A DNA stretch of 64,000 nt from Harriotta raleighana (taxonomy: Eukaryota): the NCBI GenBank assembly GCA_050575255.1, contig JBNZDD010013726.1:682001-746000 (forward strand), written 5' to 3'. Below, piece by piece: positions 28,133 through 40,355 of the stretch (position 1 is its first letter; each line of letters starts with the position of its first letter). The position numbers and the translations under genes were made by a program. Below the pieces are notes generated by a model. That model was not told where the DNA came from and did no database searches. It saw only the letters and a list, made by a program, of their open reading frames with translations.

Positions 28133-28430
28133 CCAAGACAATTTGATCTTGCTATGGTTGTGAGCGAGTGCAGAGGAAGCAAACAGTTGATCATACTCAA
28201 CAGACTTAGTGACTAGCAGCGAGGTTGAAGTTGAAAGAACTGACACAGCAATTGCTGAAAGACAGCTTTTACAAGCAGGGGAAAGGGTAGTAATTCCATT
28301 GAACATTAAAACTAGTGAATTTGTTGAAGCAGCTGCAGACAATGATGACATTGTTGAGGAAACCTTGGATTGGAAACAAATGACCCATGCCACAACCTTG
28401 GTGTTGTTTCAGAGTGGAACATTTGGCCAA
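28133..28430 (+). pseudogene. Fossil DNA-transposon transposase fragment (Academ-like)
   Basis: PRQFDLAMVVSECRGSKQLIILNRLSD*, then after a frameshift EVERTDTAIA...VIPLNI...FVEAAADNDDIVEETLDWKQMTHATTLVLFQ. Family recognised from memory of GSKQL..LNRLG / ADN.D..EETLDGK.TTH motifs. Confidence 0.55.
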
Positions 28431-28670
28431 TATCTTTTTAAACTTGATTCCATAAAAAGTCAGTTGTCCATAAGATGTTCAGGGAGAGCAGCACAATCAT
28501 CTAAAATCTTATATAAAATTCTGGTATTTGGCATTTATGGACAGTGACCTTTGGCCAATCACTTTGTAGGACAGATAAACTAGCTACAGTACTATACTTT
28601 TGCTTTCTTCCTTCTTTGAAACCACTGAGTCAATTTATAGGCAGCAAGTAAAAAATGATTAACTTTAGAT

Positions 28671-28966
28671 TTATTATAATAATCCTTGCATTTGATATAG
28701 CGCTTTTCACATCTTCTAGATATCTTAAAGCGCTTCACAGAATACACTGTAAAGCAAATTGATTGTATTTGTGGGAAAAATGCAGCAGCTAAATCCACAC
28801 AGCAGTGTCCCACAAACAGTCATGGAATGAAATTACTAATTTTTTTTGAGGGATTATTATTTGGTGTGTGGAGGAAGGAAACTTGCCCATGGTTTCGTCC
28901 TGCCTGGATTCGAACACAGGTCTCACTTTTAAGGCGAGTACTCTAACCAGTGGGCTACAGGACTCT
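28671..28966 (-). mobile_element. Short (~300 bp) tRNA-head SINE with Deu/L2-like tail; best-preserved head in the window
   Basis: Head GTCCTGTAGCCCACTGGTTAGAG...GTTCGAATCCAGGCAGGAC (A and B boxes), caagtttccttcctcc, gtttgtgggac..gctg core, (TTA)n tail. Confidence 0.85.
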
Positions 28967-31861
28967 GGTAGGAGGGGGATAAATTGATCCAGGAATGCCT
29001 GTGCAGTGAACGCAAATTTGGACTACCATCATAAAATGTAGCGGAATGGCAGCAAGAGGAGCATCTTTCATTTATCTGGTTCCCTAACAAATCAGCTTCA
29101 TGGCAAGCATATCTATTTGCCAAAGCCCCTCACATGAGGATCTAGATTGAGGAGCCTGGAGCACAGCTTTGTTCATGAGGATTGTCTTTATATTTCTCAG
29201 TCTGGTTTGGATACTCTTAAGCAAGGTAATGAATTTACGTGTGTCAAGACACTCAACTTCCCCGAAAAAATCCCAACATCAAACAAGTACTGTAGTATTC
29301 CAACATTACTTCACAGCAGTTCAGATTAGCAGTGAACACTGAGAATCACAGGACAATAGTTTTTATTGTAATTTTTGGAAAGACAAAAAACAGTGACAAC
29401 GGCAATATGTAATGGAAAAACACCCTCTGACATCTGATCCAGATTTGAAACCTAGAGGCACAATCCTGACACAATAACAACAAATCACATGTGTATAGTA
29501 CCTTCACATTGGGAGGATGACATTTAATAACACACAAACAAACATGACGACACTAAACTAATTTGTACAGAAAAAAACTGCAAAATGCTAACATATCACA
29601 AAGAAGTCAAATTAAATAAATGCCCAATCAAATATTATGCAAAGCTCCATAACAGATTCCAAAACTATGATTCTTCTTGTGGGTTAACTGGGCTTTATTT
29701 GGGGTAATTAATGTTATATTTCACTCACAATACCAGTACTACCTCACACAAAGCATTTATTTTAACATTTTAAAATGAATCCCACATACATAAGTAGTAT
29801 GGCAAAAGTATATTTATACAAATCCTACACGGGTCCATTTATCTATCATAAACTTTGTAAAACTGTTTTGTTTGTGCGCTATGCTATAAGAACCATCTGT
29901 TTCTTCTATCTGCAGCACTGCGGCACAGTGCTGTGCAGGTGGGTCAGAGATTCTGGGCAGCACTTTGCACAGAGATACCACCAGGCAACACGGAGGAGCA
30001 AAGTGTACACCACTGCAACACTGCTTAACATTTACACTACCTCTCGCACTTCATTACAATTTTTGGTTAAATAATGAACAGACCATGTTACCACTTCCTG
30101 AGGGAATCTGGAAATTATAAATAAACTCTGAAACCCATAAAATGGGAAAAAGAGATAATATTGACAAATCTTAAAGGCCACTGCTTCACAATGGATATTT
30201 CAAGTACACCTGATTAAACATTTTAGTTCAGTGCAGAAAAAAAGGCATTTAAGACCAACAAGCTGAAATTTATTGCAATGCAATTCATAGGATTAAGCAA
30301 GTTTACTGAATATATTCTATTGAATTAAAGACTACCTTCAAGAAAAACATTAAGTGTACTAATGTTTTATGTTGGAAAAAAATGTATAAAATACAGCAGC
30401 TACAGCACTTGTTCTCTCCAGTTTCTTTTTAATACAAATACAAAATTCAAATCTTATACTAAAACATACTTGATTTCATTTTGCCCAAGCACCTGTATAT
30501 ATACACACACTCTTAAATCCTATCGTGCCTGCTTTCTAGAATTAAGAGAACACGATGAAGCTGGAATATATATTTCTCTGCAGCTGTCATTAATACTGTT
30601 CTACCATCAAAAGAGGTGGAGTTCTTCTCCAGGGACATTGATTTTTTTTCCTCCCATAAAGATGAGAATAATTCACTTTGTACAGTAGCTCAGCTGAGAA
30701 CTGACAAAACTCGACAAATGAGAACAAGTGTTTTTACACATCTGTTTCAACTCAAAACCATTAGTATCATTGTCAGATTCATTATATCTAACGTTATCAG
30801 ATCACCCATTTCAGACTAGTAGTGCTCATTATTATACGTATTCCACAATAAAACATGTGCTTGGCTCATAAAATAGGAATATTTAGAAAAACAACTACAA
30901 GCTTTAATGTAATTGAACAAGTCTTCAGCCTTATACACTTTATGATGAATTGTTCGATTTAAATGTGTTAAAATAGCAAAGAAGCACATTTAGTAATTGA
31001 TCAGCTTTGTCCTAGATGACCACAGTTATCACAAAACTTTTAGAATCACATTCTGTCAAAAATACAGCTAATTGCTTTTATAGGATGAAAAAACTCTTAT
31101 TTTGAAAACAAAATTTAAATGACCACAATAATCTTTCATGTCAATGAAAAGGAAAGAACCTTACTTTGCAAATTTCCATTCAAACCGGAACTATTTATTT
31201 CCCATTAATTGCACACAATTGTGTTTTCAACAACTCTTAACTCACTAGCTTTATAGGTTAAAAATTTGAAATGCCTTTCAAAACCGCATTAAAAATCACC
31301 TTAGGCAAATCACACAAATAGTAATACAGTAGTAATAATATGGACAATGATCAATTACAGATCATGTGGTCTCCTTTGATGGAAAAATCCTAAATAATGA
31401 ATGTAAGGATAATTCTAACCACAGAGATAGAACAATTAAGTATTCTAAGATACAAACCTGTGAACATAGATAACGAGAATAATACTTGCAATTGATTTTT
31501 CATTTTGTTTATTATTGTGAAACTTTTCAATTCAGTTGTATTCTAAACATGATACTTTATGTATATGTATTAATCAGAGAATAAAATCTAAAATCATTAA
31601 TCATGATCAGCAATGACCATCTGATAACTGCCACAAAAGCAGGTAAAGCTTTTTTTGAAAAAAGCTATGCTGGCAAATCTTCACTTTAGTTTGCTCTTGA
31701 GGAAACTGGTAGCATTGGACTTTGAATATTTGGACTTTCCTAAGAAATGCACAGAGATAGATATTCAGTGCCTTAATGCATTTTCTTTAAGATGATCTTT
31801 TTATTAAATATTTCACCAAATTTCAGTTCAACAGAGTAATAAACATTTGAATAATGTGTAC

Positions 31862-31928
31862 CTGTTATATTGTTCAACACTTCTTTGAGATGGCTGAAGC
31901 TATTCAGTAGTGGATCTTGTTCTTCATC
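31862..31928 (-). CDS. GBF1: GBF1 second coding exon (67 nt)
   Basis: cttcag|GAT... encodes DEEQDPLLNSFSHLKEVLNNIT plus one G, then |gtacac. Continues the previous exon in frame and matches GBF1 DEERDPLLHSFGHLKEVLNSIT. I did not find the next exon (ELSEIEPNVFLRPF...) in the window. Confidence 0.95.
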
Positions 31929-32499
31929 CTGAAGTAAACAAAATATAAAAATCATAAAAATATGAATTATGAGCAACCACACTGATTTAAAGAACAAGCA
32001 TCTTGATTATTTACTCTCCAGACAGCGAGATCAAAGAGAGAAACATCATTGCATCACCTAGCAAAAAACAAACTGTTGACATATTATTTCAGCAAATTTA
32101 ATTAACTGCTGATTCAGGAGAACAGTGTGATAGTATGTATGTTTATACCAGTCATACAAAACACACATACGGATTATTGTAGTATACTGTTCTTTTACTT
32201 GTGCAAAGTGCAATAAATCCTAGTTTATAATAGGAATAATTACAATATTTATTTATCTTGATGGGTTTAACTGCTATCCAAACTATCTACTCTACTAATG
32301 CATTTTCAATCAGCATGTATGACTATAACAACGATAATGAAATCAAAAACTCAATGATTTCCAGCAGGTTTCTTCGATGAGGACTCTGATTTCGAATAGG
32401 ATTATTTTCAAACAAATCGTATTAGATTGCTTCCAGGAGTAATGCATTTTCAATCAGCAAGTATCAAATAAGAGAGTTCAATCATTTCAATGGTACATG

Positions 32500-33020
32500 A
32501 TGAACTTACACTCCCATGGAATTGGATTGTCCACACCGTATGCTATCTCCTCAGAGTCCCTTTCCCATCCCCATGGGGTCCGACATCCCCATTTTTTCTC
32601 GCCTGGCCCCACTGGTTCCCCCTTACCCAGCGGATCATGTTGAAGATATTTGCCCTCATTCATAAACCCCTTCATGGTCTTGTCCCAATATTACCTCTGC
32701 AACATCCTCAAACCCCACCACTCCCCATCCGCTTGAAAGGCACTGGCCTTCATGTCAAATTCCCCTGAACCACCACACTATCTGTGGTCAGATTTTCAGC
32801 TTATTTGACCCTGCTTTCTGGAATTCCATTCTGCAGCCTCTAAGCCTTCCTCCTTCCCTCACCTCCTGCAAGGTCCTTATCAAGATTCTCTTTGACCGCA
32901 ACTTCGGTCATCAATACCCCATCTCTTGGCCTCCAGCCCTATTGAATCCAATCCACAGCTCAACTGTCCAAAGCCTTGGGATGTCCTCCCGACATAAAAG
33001 GAACTTTATAAAATCTATAT
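32500..33020 (+). mobile_element. Degraded L2 3' fragment
   Basis: HWFP..QRI..KI motif in ORF 32490-32768 and the same 3' tail as the 34290 copy. Confidence 0.75.
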
Positions 33021-34097
33021 GTTCTCACCAGAAAAGAGACTTGTTGCTGCGACATATAAGAGGCTAATAGAAGTAGAAGTTTAAATTTATGAAATGGTTC
33101 GATAAGAACAGAATAAATTGACATTCACATAAGGGAAAGGGAATAATAATAATCCCTGCATTTGATGTAGCGCTTTTCATGTCTTCATGTCTCAAAGCGC
33201 TTCATAGAATATACTGTAAAGTGAATTGACTGCAAATATGTGGACGAAAAAATAAAAGGGTAAAAAATAGAAGGCGAAAAAATTGAAGGATAACGGAAGC
33301 AGCAAGTTTGTGCTTAACATTGTTCGTAAACCTTTAGAATTTTATTTGTATCCACTTTATAAATCATTTTTAATTCCACATTTAAGTTGCTCCGATTTTA
33401 ATTATATTAATCTAAGAAATCTGGTCCACTAAATCTCTAAATTGAGCCTGGAAACCCAAAGTTTAACCCACCAGTTGACAAAACCATCTACACCATTGTA
33501 CATCACATTATTTTGATAATATTATATTTACCCAACAGTACAATTTTAACCCATCAAATTGAGTTTGGTGGAACTACTTCAAGCAAAGGGTCAATTTCAA
33601 GATCCTCACATTCGTCTTCAAATCCCTTTAGGCCCGGGCATCTCCCAACCTCTTCGACCTGCAATCCCCCCAACCCACTACCCGCTGCCAGCTGGAATTT
33701 TTTCATTTTTGACATAAGAATGGAAGGATATTTGGAGTTGAAGTTGAAGATAAGAATTCATTTTGATGTAAAATTTTATGTAGAGTTTTCACGATGATAT
33801 ACTTCTAGGTACCTATGCAAATACAGTTTTTTGAGCCTCATCCCATAGGTAAACAGATCATTTTAATTAAACACATTCATGAATCAAATCATTAAGCAAA
33901 AAGAATAATGACGATTTATTTTATCTTACAAAGACAACAGTAGATGTAACCTATTATCTATCCTGGGGATAGTTCAAATACCAAGTGCTACTGTGAAAAG
34001 GAACATGAATGCTTGGTCAAAATTTTTACCGAGGCAAAGTGACAAGCAAGTACCTGGTACGTAACAGGTACATCACAGTAACACTACTATGACATAC

Positions 34098-34139
34098 CTG
34101 GTACAGCCTTGCTGTTTTGATGTCCCGCAGTAATACAGT
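34098..34139 (-). CDS. GBF1: Candidate 42-nt in-frame cassette exon (microexon) of GBF1, TVLLRDIKTARLYQ
   Basis: Long pyrimidine tract followed by ttgctgcag acceptor and CAG|GTATGT donor. Length 42 nt, phase 0-0 matching the flanking exons, no stop. No transcript evidence available. Confidence 0.4.
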
Positions 34140-34289
34140 CTGCAGCAACAAAAGAAATAGAAAAAGCAATAAAAAATAAAAAACAAGTTGATTGCAGTTG
34201 GACAGAACAATAGTATCTTCTGATACATTTTTGCAGTCTGACATATAGATCAAAGAGGCTGATCTGAAATGTCAGGATTTAACTGCACT

Positions 34290-35066
34290 CTCCATCTCTC
34301 AAAGTCAGTTAAGAATATTGTTCGACCCTGAACTGTCCTTCCTCCCCAAAATCCACGCCATGACCGGAACAGCCTTCCACCACCTCCGCAACATTGCCAG
34401 ACTCTGCCACTGTCTCACCCTCCACGTTGCCGAAACACTTGTCCACGCATTCATCACATCAAAGCTCAATTACGGAAATTCTCTCCTCATCTGCCTTCCC
34501 AACTCCTCCCTTCACAAACTGCAGATTATTCAGAACTCTGCAGCTCATGTGCTCTCCCGCACTAGGCTCCGCGACCACATCACTCCCACCCTCGCCCGTC
34601 TCTACTGGCTCTCCATCCCCCAGACGATTTAATTCACGATCCTCGTCCTCACTTTCAAGGCTATTCACGGCCTTGACCATGCCTATCTTTCCGACCTTCT
34701 GTTTTCCTATCAGCCTGCCTGTCCCCCATTCAGCTGGCTCTGACCTGCTCCATATTCCCCGCCTGAACTGCCCTGCCATCGGTGGCTAGGCTTTCAGCCT
34801 CTCTGCCCCCACACTCTGGAACTCCATCACACAATCCCTTCGCCTTGCTTCCTCCCTTTCCTCCTTCAAGTCCAGTCTGAAGACCTTCCTCTTCGACCGT
34901 GACTTCTGCTGCCCTCTTAACTCCCTCACCCCTTCGATACTCTCCTTCCCCCTGCCCCTACCCCGACCTTTCCCCCAATGCTCGGGTCCCAACCTAACTG
35001 TTCAGCAGCTTGGGACGTCCTCCAGATGTGAAAGGTGCTCTATGAATGTAATTTTGTTATTGTTGA
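34290..35066 (+). mobile_element. L2-type LINE 3' fragment
   Basis: FDPELSFLPKI...AFHHLRNIARL...ETLVHAFITSKLNYGNSLL. Tail ttgggacgtcctccagatgtgaaaggtgctctatgaatgtaattttgttattgttg. Confidence 0.88.
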
Positions 35067-35224
35067 TAACTGGCATATGTTAGGAAGACCGAACATGAAA
35101 ACGTTTTGAAGATAATTTTCATTCAATTAAAGTCTGTCTTCATATTAAGAAATAATTAAAATATTCATTTGTTAAAGACTAATCTCTGTCCACCCTAACC
35201 TTTATTTCCACTTGCATAATGACA

Positions 35225-35390
35225 TAATAATCTACGACTGTTTGTGGGATACTGCTGTGCGCAATTGGCTGCCATGTTTCACCCACAAATACACAGTCAA
35301 TTCACTTTACAGTATATTCTGTAAAGCACTTTGAGATGCCTAGAAGATTTGAAAAGCGCTATATCAAATGGAAGGATTATTATTATTATT
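35225..35390 (+). mobile_element. 3' half of the same SINE family, tail-to-tail with the next copy
   Basis: gactgtttgtgggatactgctgtgcgcaattggctgcc...gaaaagcgctatatcaaatggaaggattattatt. Confidence 0.85.
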
Positions 35391-35391
35391 T

Positions 35392-35683
35392 GTATCGATT
35401 TAGCACTTTTCACATTTTCTCGATGTCTCAAAATGCTTCACAGCATATACTGTAAAATTAATTGACTGTATATTTGTGGGTGAAACGCAGCAGCCACAAT
35501 TGCACACTACAGTTTCCCACAAACAGTCGTGGATTGAATTATCAAATTATTATTGTTTTTTTTGAAGGATTATATTAGCGTTTGGAGTAAGGAAACTTGT
35601 CCAAGGGTTCACTCTACTGGGAAACAAACCCAGGTCTCTCGCTTGTGAGGCGTGTGCTTTGCCGACTGAGCTTCAGGACTCCA
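35392..35683 (-). mobile_element. Short tRNA-head SINE, same family as 28671-28966
   Basis: Collinear similarity across head, caagtttccttactcc, core and tail. Confidence 0.85.
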
Positions 35684-37221
35684 CATATACATATTACAAG
35701 ATAAAATCACTCTCAGGACAGGTTAATTGGCCCATCATGTCTATTCTCCTGTCTCACAACTTGATCTACCTATTCTAAATCCATTTCCCTATATTTTCTC
35801 TTGCTCTTTTCTAGAATCAAACTTCATTTAATAGAATAAGTAAATGAGAGCGCTAAAACTCTATATTTTATAAAAGGGAATGGAAAAGCAGAATATGTTA
35901 AATAATGTTGAATATTGTTACAATGTTTATCAGTAAACTTCGAGTTTTTATTCCCATTAATTTACTTCCTTAATGAGAACACTATGATGTATCCTAAGAA
36001 TACATTGAAGAGTGAACCAGAAAGGTGGGTGGTGGGGGGGAAAGAATCACATTTTGGGATCCATTTTGCAAAAATATTGATGATTAGTGAAACTCCAGTG
36101 TTCTTTAGAATGACTGGCAACAGGAGGAGCCATTTCACTCATCTCCTAAAGTAGGCATGAAATTGGGTGCTGTCACACATCCATGGCAATTCAGAGGAAT
36201 ATCTTTGTTCAGTTGGGTCAGCAATCAAGCCAAATCAGATTTCCCTGAGCAGTTTAGATCTGTTACCATCATGATATGTCCCACAGAACACTTATGCAGT
36301 AGATTCCTACTCAGGATTACTTTTCAAGATCAACATTTTCAAATCCTTCCATGCAGGCTAGCAACACTGTGTAATCGTCTCCAGCCCTACATCCCAGGTC
36401 AGTTTTCTGATCACAGAAAATTGATGATCACATACTCCCACCAATTAATCATCGAAGGCCAAGATTTCAGTCATCGAGGCTCTCCTCTTCAATTCCACTT
36501 TGCCTCATTTGTTCTTGCGAAGAACAGTGTCTTGGGCTATCTCTAAACTGCTCTAACATCTTGTCTGTGACCTCTGCTCCCACTGTTACGTACTAAGACT
36601 TTTTATATGAATATCAATGTATAACTACAAGTTGTTGCAGTTGCTTCCTATCTCCATAGAGGACTTGGCCAAATGCCAACACACATTTGGAAAAATGTCA
36701 CATCATTCCTTCAATGCCATTTAGCAGTCTCCACTCCATACACTCCAACTCCTCTTTCTCTCAAGTGCCACATCAAGTCAATTTCTATACATCTGCCACT
36801 TTTTGGTTTCTTGCCTCGTGAAAACCAAGATAACACTGGGCACACTTTGGTCTGCAACTGTTAAGGTGCCACATCCTGAAACATAATACTTCAAACATGG
36901 AACATTTCTTTGATAATTCATGCTGCAGATGCCCTAACAATATCAGAAGATGTGTGCGTAATCTCTCTGCTCTTTATCTCACTTCTCCCACAACAGGCTT
37001 GAAAACAAGAGCTTGGTTAATAATGAAATGTGCAGCTGAACCCAAATTGTGGCACAATATGGTAAAGCACTACTACTGATGAAAAGTTGATAGAATATCA
37101 TTGGAAGTTATAGTGAATAGCCAGACAACATGGATGGGGGGAGAAAGGAAAATAAAGCAACTAACACTATAATTATTTCAATAGCCTTGGATTTAATCGT
37201 GTCTCCAAAACCCCCAAAAAA

Positions 37222-37615
37222 ACATTGCATTCTATATAGCATCTTATCACATTGAAGCACACCAAAGCAATTCAAAGAATTCATCAAATTATTGAAACTG
37301 TATTATAGGCAAACACTGAGGCCAATTTTCATACAGCCATGTGCCACAAACAGCCGTGAACTGAATAATCTTAATTTTTTATATGGGAGATTGTTGATCA
37401 GGACTGCAAAAAGCTTGTTTCATTTTTTGAACAGTGTTCATGTGATCTCTGATATGCAGCTCAACAGGCAGACTGGACCTTGGTTTAATGTTTTATCTGA
37501 AGGATAGCAGCTTCAACAATGCAGCTCTCTTCCAGTATTGTAATTTTTACATAGACTACATGCTGATAGTCCCAAAGTGGGGCCTGAACTAAGTGCACCT
37601 ATCCTTGAGGCAAAA
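37222..37615 (-). mobile_element. Degraded long SacSINE1-like SINE
   Basis: ttgcattctatatagc tail, ccacaaacagc, and caggcagactggaccttggtttaatg segment. Confidence 0.6.
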
Positions 37616-37749
37616 AGAATTAGTCACAATTACTGTTCTTCATCACTAACCCGTGTACCACATGTAAAATGCAAATGTTTTGAAGTTCGGAAGGAACAGG
37701 ATTGAGCTAATTGTGTTGTCTCTCGTGGTTCTCAAATTGACACATAAGC

Positions 37750-38010
37750 AACAAACAACAATAAAATTACATTTATAGAGTGCCTTTCACGTCAGGAGGA
37801 CATCCCAAGGCGCTGAACTGTCAGAGGTCTGGACCCGAGCATGGGTGACAGATGGGGTAGGGGAGAGAAGAGGCACAGATGTGGGAGAGTAGCTGAAGGC
37901 ACGGTTGGAAAGGAGGTCTCAAGACCAGCCTTGAAGGAGGCAAGGGAGGGAGCGAGGCAGAAGGACTGTGGGATTAAGTTCCAGAGTGTGGGGGCAGAGA
38001 AGCTGAACAG
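37750..38010 (-). mobile_element. L2 3' end fragment
   Basis: FSFSAPTLWN motif and shared L2 tail with ttg repeats. Confidence 0.8.
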
Positions 38011-38072
38011 CATAGAATGGATCCTAAATTTCAGTTGCTAGCTCATGAAAAAAAAAAAAAAAAAAAACTTAC

Positions 38073-38168
38073 CAAAGGTGTATGTGTGCTCCATCTTGAA
38101 TTTCTCTTTATGGCACCAACAACTGTATTTATTTCACCCTGCACAATATAAATACCTTTGTCGATCAT
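38073..38168 (-). CDS. GBF1: GBF1 (Golgi Sec7-domain ARF-GEF) first coding exon; exon spans 38073-38178 including 10 nt of 5'UTR
   Basis: Minus strand reads ctttcag|cttcttcaccATG then MIDKGIYIVQGEINTVVGAIKRNSRWSTHTPL|gtaag. This closely matches the vertebrate GBF1 N-terminus (MVDKNIYIIQGEINIVVGAIKRNARWSTHTPL). 96 coding nt, phase 0, canonical AG/GT. Confidence 0.96.
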
Positions 38169-38798
38169 GGTGAAGAAGCTGAAAGATGAAGGAAAGTAGT
38201 TTTTTTAAAAAAATTCCACAACAACAAAGCAATAAAAAGGAATCCTTGCATTTGATATAAGTGGGTGGGAATAAATCTGACAACAGAACAGCTCTATAAG
38301 GAAAACAATAATACACTGCCAGTATTATAAATAATGTTTGAAAGTGAAATGCACTCTTGGGGTTAGAATAACTTTGTAAGATCCTCAAAATACATTCACA
38401 ATATACAAAATCACACTCACGAGGTTTGTCTGACAACTGTCTTGTAATACATGCCTGGCTTTTAATTACTCTCTATTATCAATACTCAGTTGGTTTTTGT
38501 GCAATTCAATTGGAATTCTCTCTCAAGGGCTCAGCTTGTGGAACTCAGTGCAACACTTGGTCATCTAATGTTTTATTATTCTATTTACCATTTTCCTTTT
38601 CCTCAACATCCAAGTATGGTATTTTATAGACTTAAAGCAAAAATAAAATTTGTAGTGCCAGCTGGTTATTGCTAACTGCATTTGATTTTGTGCAAATCTG
38701 AACACAGGTTTGGGTTTCTGCTGATGAAAGGGTCCAAAAGGTGATTGTTGAAGATTAACAGTTTAAATGATTGGGTGTCTAAATCCTAAACAGGAATA

Positions 38799-39205
38799 CA
38801 GTAAAAGTCCGACAATCCGGCATGGTCGGGACCTAGGCAGTGCCAGATTAGCGGATATGACGGATTATTGGACGTTGCTCTTAGGGATGGGAGGATTTGA
38901 GTGTGCTGTGCTCTTATCTATGTTACATACCTGCATAGGGAAACTCAAGAGCTCTCCCCATCCCGGCAGAGCAAGCAGGCTGCCTACAGAGGCATCGCAT
39001 CCGCCGAAAGTTAATTTTTTTTTAAACTGGTACAAATGCACACTTATACATGATGTCAGTGACGGGCCCCCCGAGGAAAATGCACCGAATAGTGTGAAGG
39101 ATCTCTGGGAAGAGATGCGCATATTGCAAAAAATGGACTGTTGCAGATGCCGGCATCTATAAAGCTTTCTGGATTATCAGGTGCCGAATTAAAGGACTTT
39201 TACTG
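38799..39205. mobile_element. Tigger/pogo-like MITE, 407 bp
   Basis: TIRs cagtaaaagtcc / ggacttttactg with TA flanks. Confidence 0.85.
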
Positions 39206-39509
39206 TATATAAATTCAGACACATGTACCCAAATAGTGTCATCCGGAATCAAAGTCATCTACTTCAACAGTAAAGATACATAAAAATATTATCTGCACAT
39301 ATTATTTTTTTGAGAGCAACCTGAACTTGTTACCACTGACTGCCACTAGTAAATGAAAATACAGTAGTTGTCTCCCTAAAAGATTTGACACCTTAACTCC
39401 AGTAATTGGCTGCCGCACTTCTCCCACAAAATATAGAATCAATTCACTTTGCAGTATATTCTGTAGAACACTATGAAACCCTCGAAACCCTCCTGCATGC
39501 ATTTGTCAG

Positions 39510-39880
39510 TTAAAACACACTCCTCGCCGGTCTCCCCCACTCCACCATTCAAAAGTTCGGGCTCATTCAGAACTCTGCAGCCCGCATACTCACCCGAGCC
39601 AAATTCCATACCCACATCTCAGCAGTTCTGTCCAGACTCCACTGGCTCCCCATTGAAAGGATTGACTTCAAGATCCTCCCACACATTAAAATCCACTCAC
39701 TCTCTGGCACCTCCCCACCTCTCTGACCGCCTCACTCCACCACCCGGATCTCCGCTTGACTGGCATCTGCCTCATGCTCATCCCTCGCACCCTTCGCCCC
39801 ACCATCAGAGGTCGAGCTTTCAGCCACTACAACCCAAAACTCTGGAAGACTCTCCCTCAATACATTCTCCTTGTCCCATC
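39510..39880 (+). mobile_element. Degraded L2 fragment
   Basis: cagaactctgcagcc...ctccactggctcc...gacttcaagatc, similar to the other L2 copies. Confidence 0.7.
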
Positions 39881-39959
39881 ATAAATGTCTGCAAAATAAC
39901 TGAACAAAATGGTGTAAAACATAGATTCCTGAAGGAAATAGGTGAAGCCATATTTCACT

Positions 39960-40355
39960 GAACAACAGTAATATAACAATCGTTGTACAGTATTTCATGT
40001 TGTGTCTTTCGGTGTCAGGGGAATCTCTCACAGGATTTACTGTAAAGTGTAGTGAGTTCCTATTTTTGAAGGTGAATGCAGCAACCAATTTGCACATTGC
40101 AATATCTCACAAACAGCTATGAATGGTAATTTTACGTGGAGGATTGTTGACTGCACGTGAAAATCCCTTTTTTCAAACAGTGGCATGGGATATTTAAAAG
40201 ATGGGATCTCAGTTGAACCTCTTACCCAAACAACAATATTTTTTCAACAGTACAGGGCTCTCCAAGCATCAAAAAGAATTGCTAGCCTAGACTTGAGTTC
40301 AAAGTTCCTAAGTGAGGCTTGAACCCATAAATTTCTGACTCAAGTTCTACCAACG
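39960..40355 (-). mobile_element. Degraded long SacSINE1-like SINE
   Basis: gcagcaaccaatttgcaca...cacaaacagc core and ttgaacccataaatttctgactca head. Confidence 0.55.

Noticed and set aside
28897-28965. tRNA-like sequence with A and B boxes
   Set aside because: It is the head of a SINE, continuous with the SINE body and tail, and lacks a clean cloverleaf.
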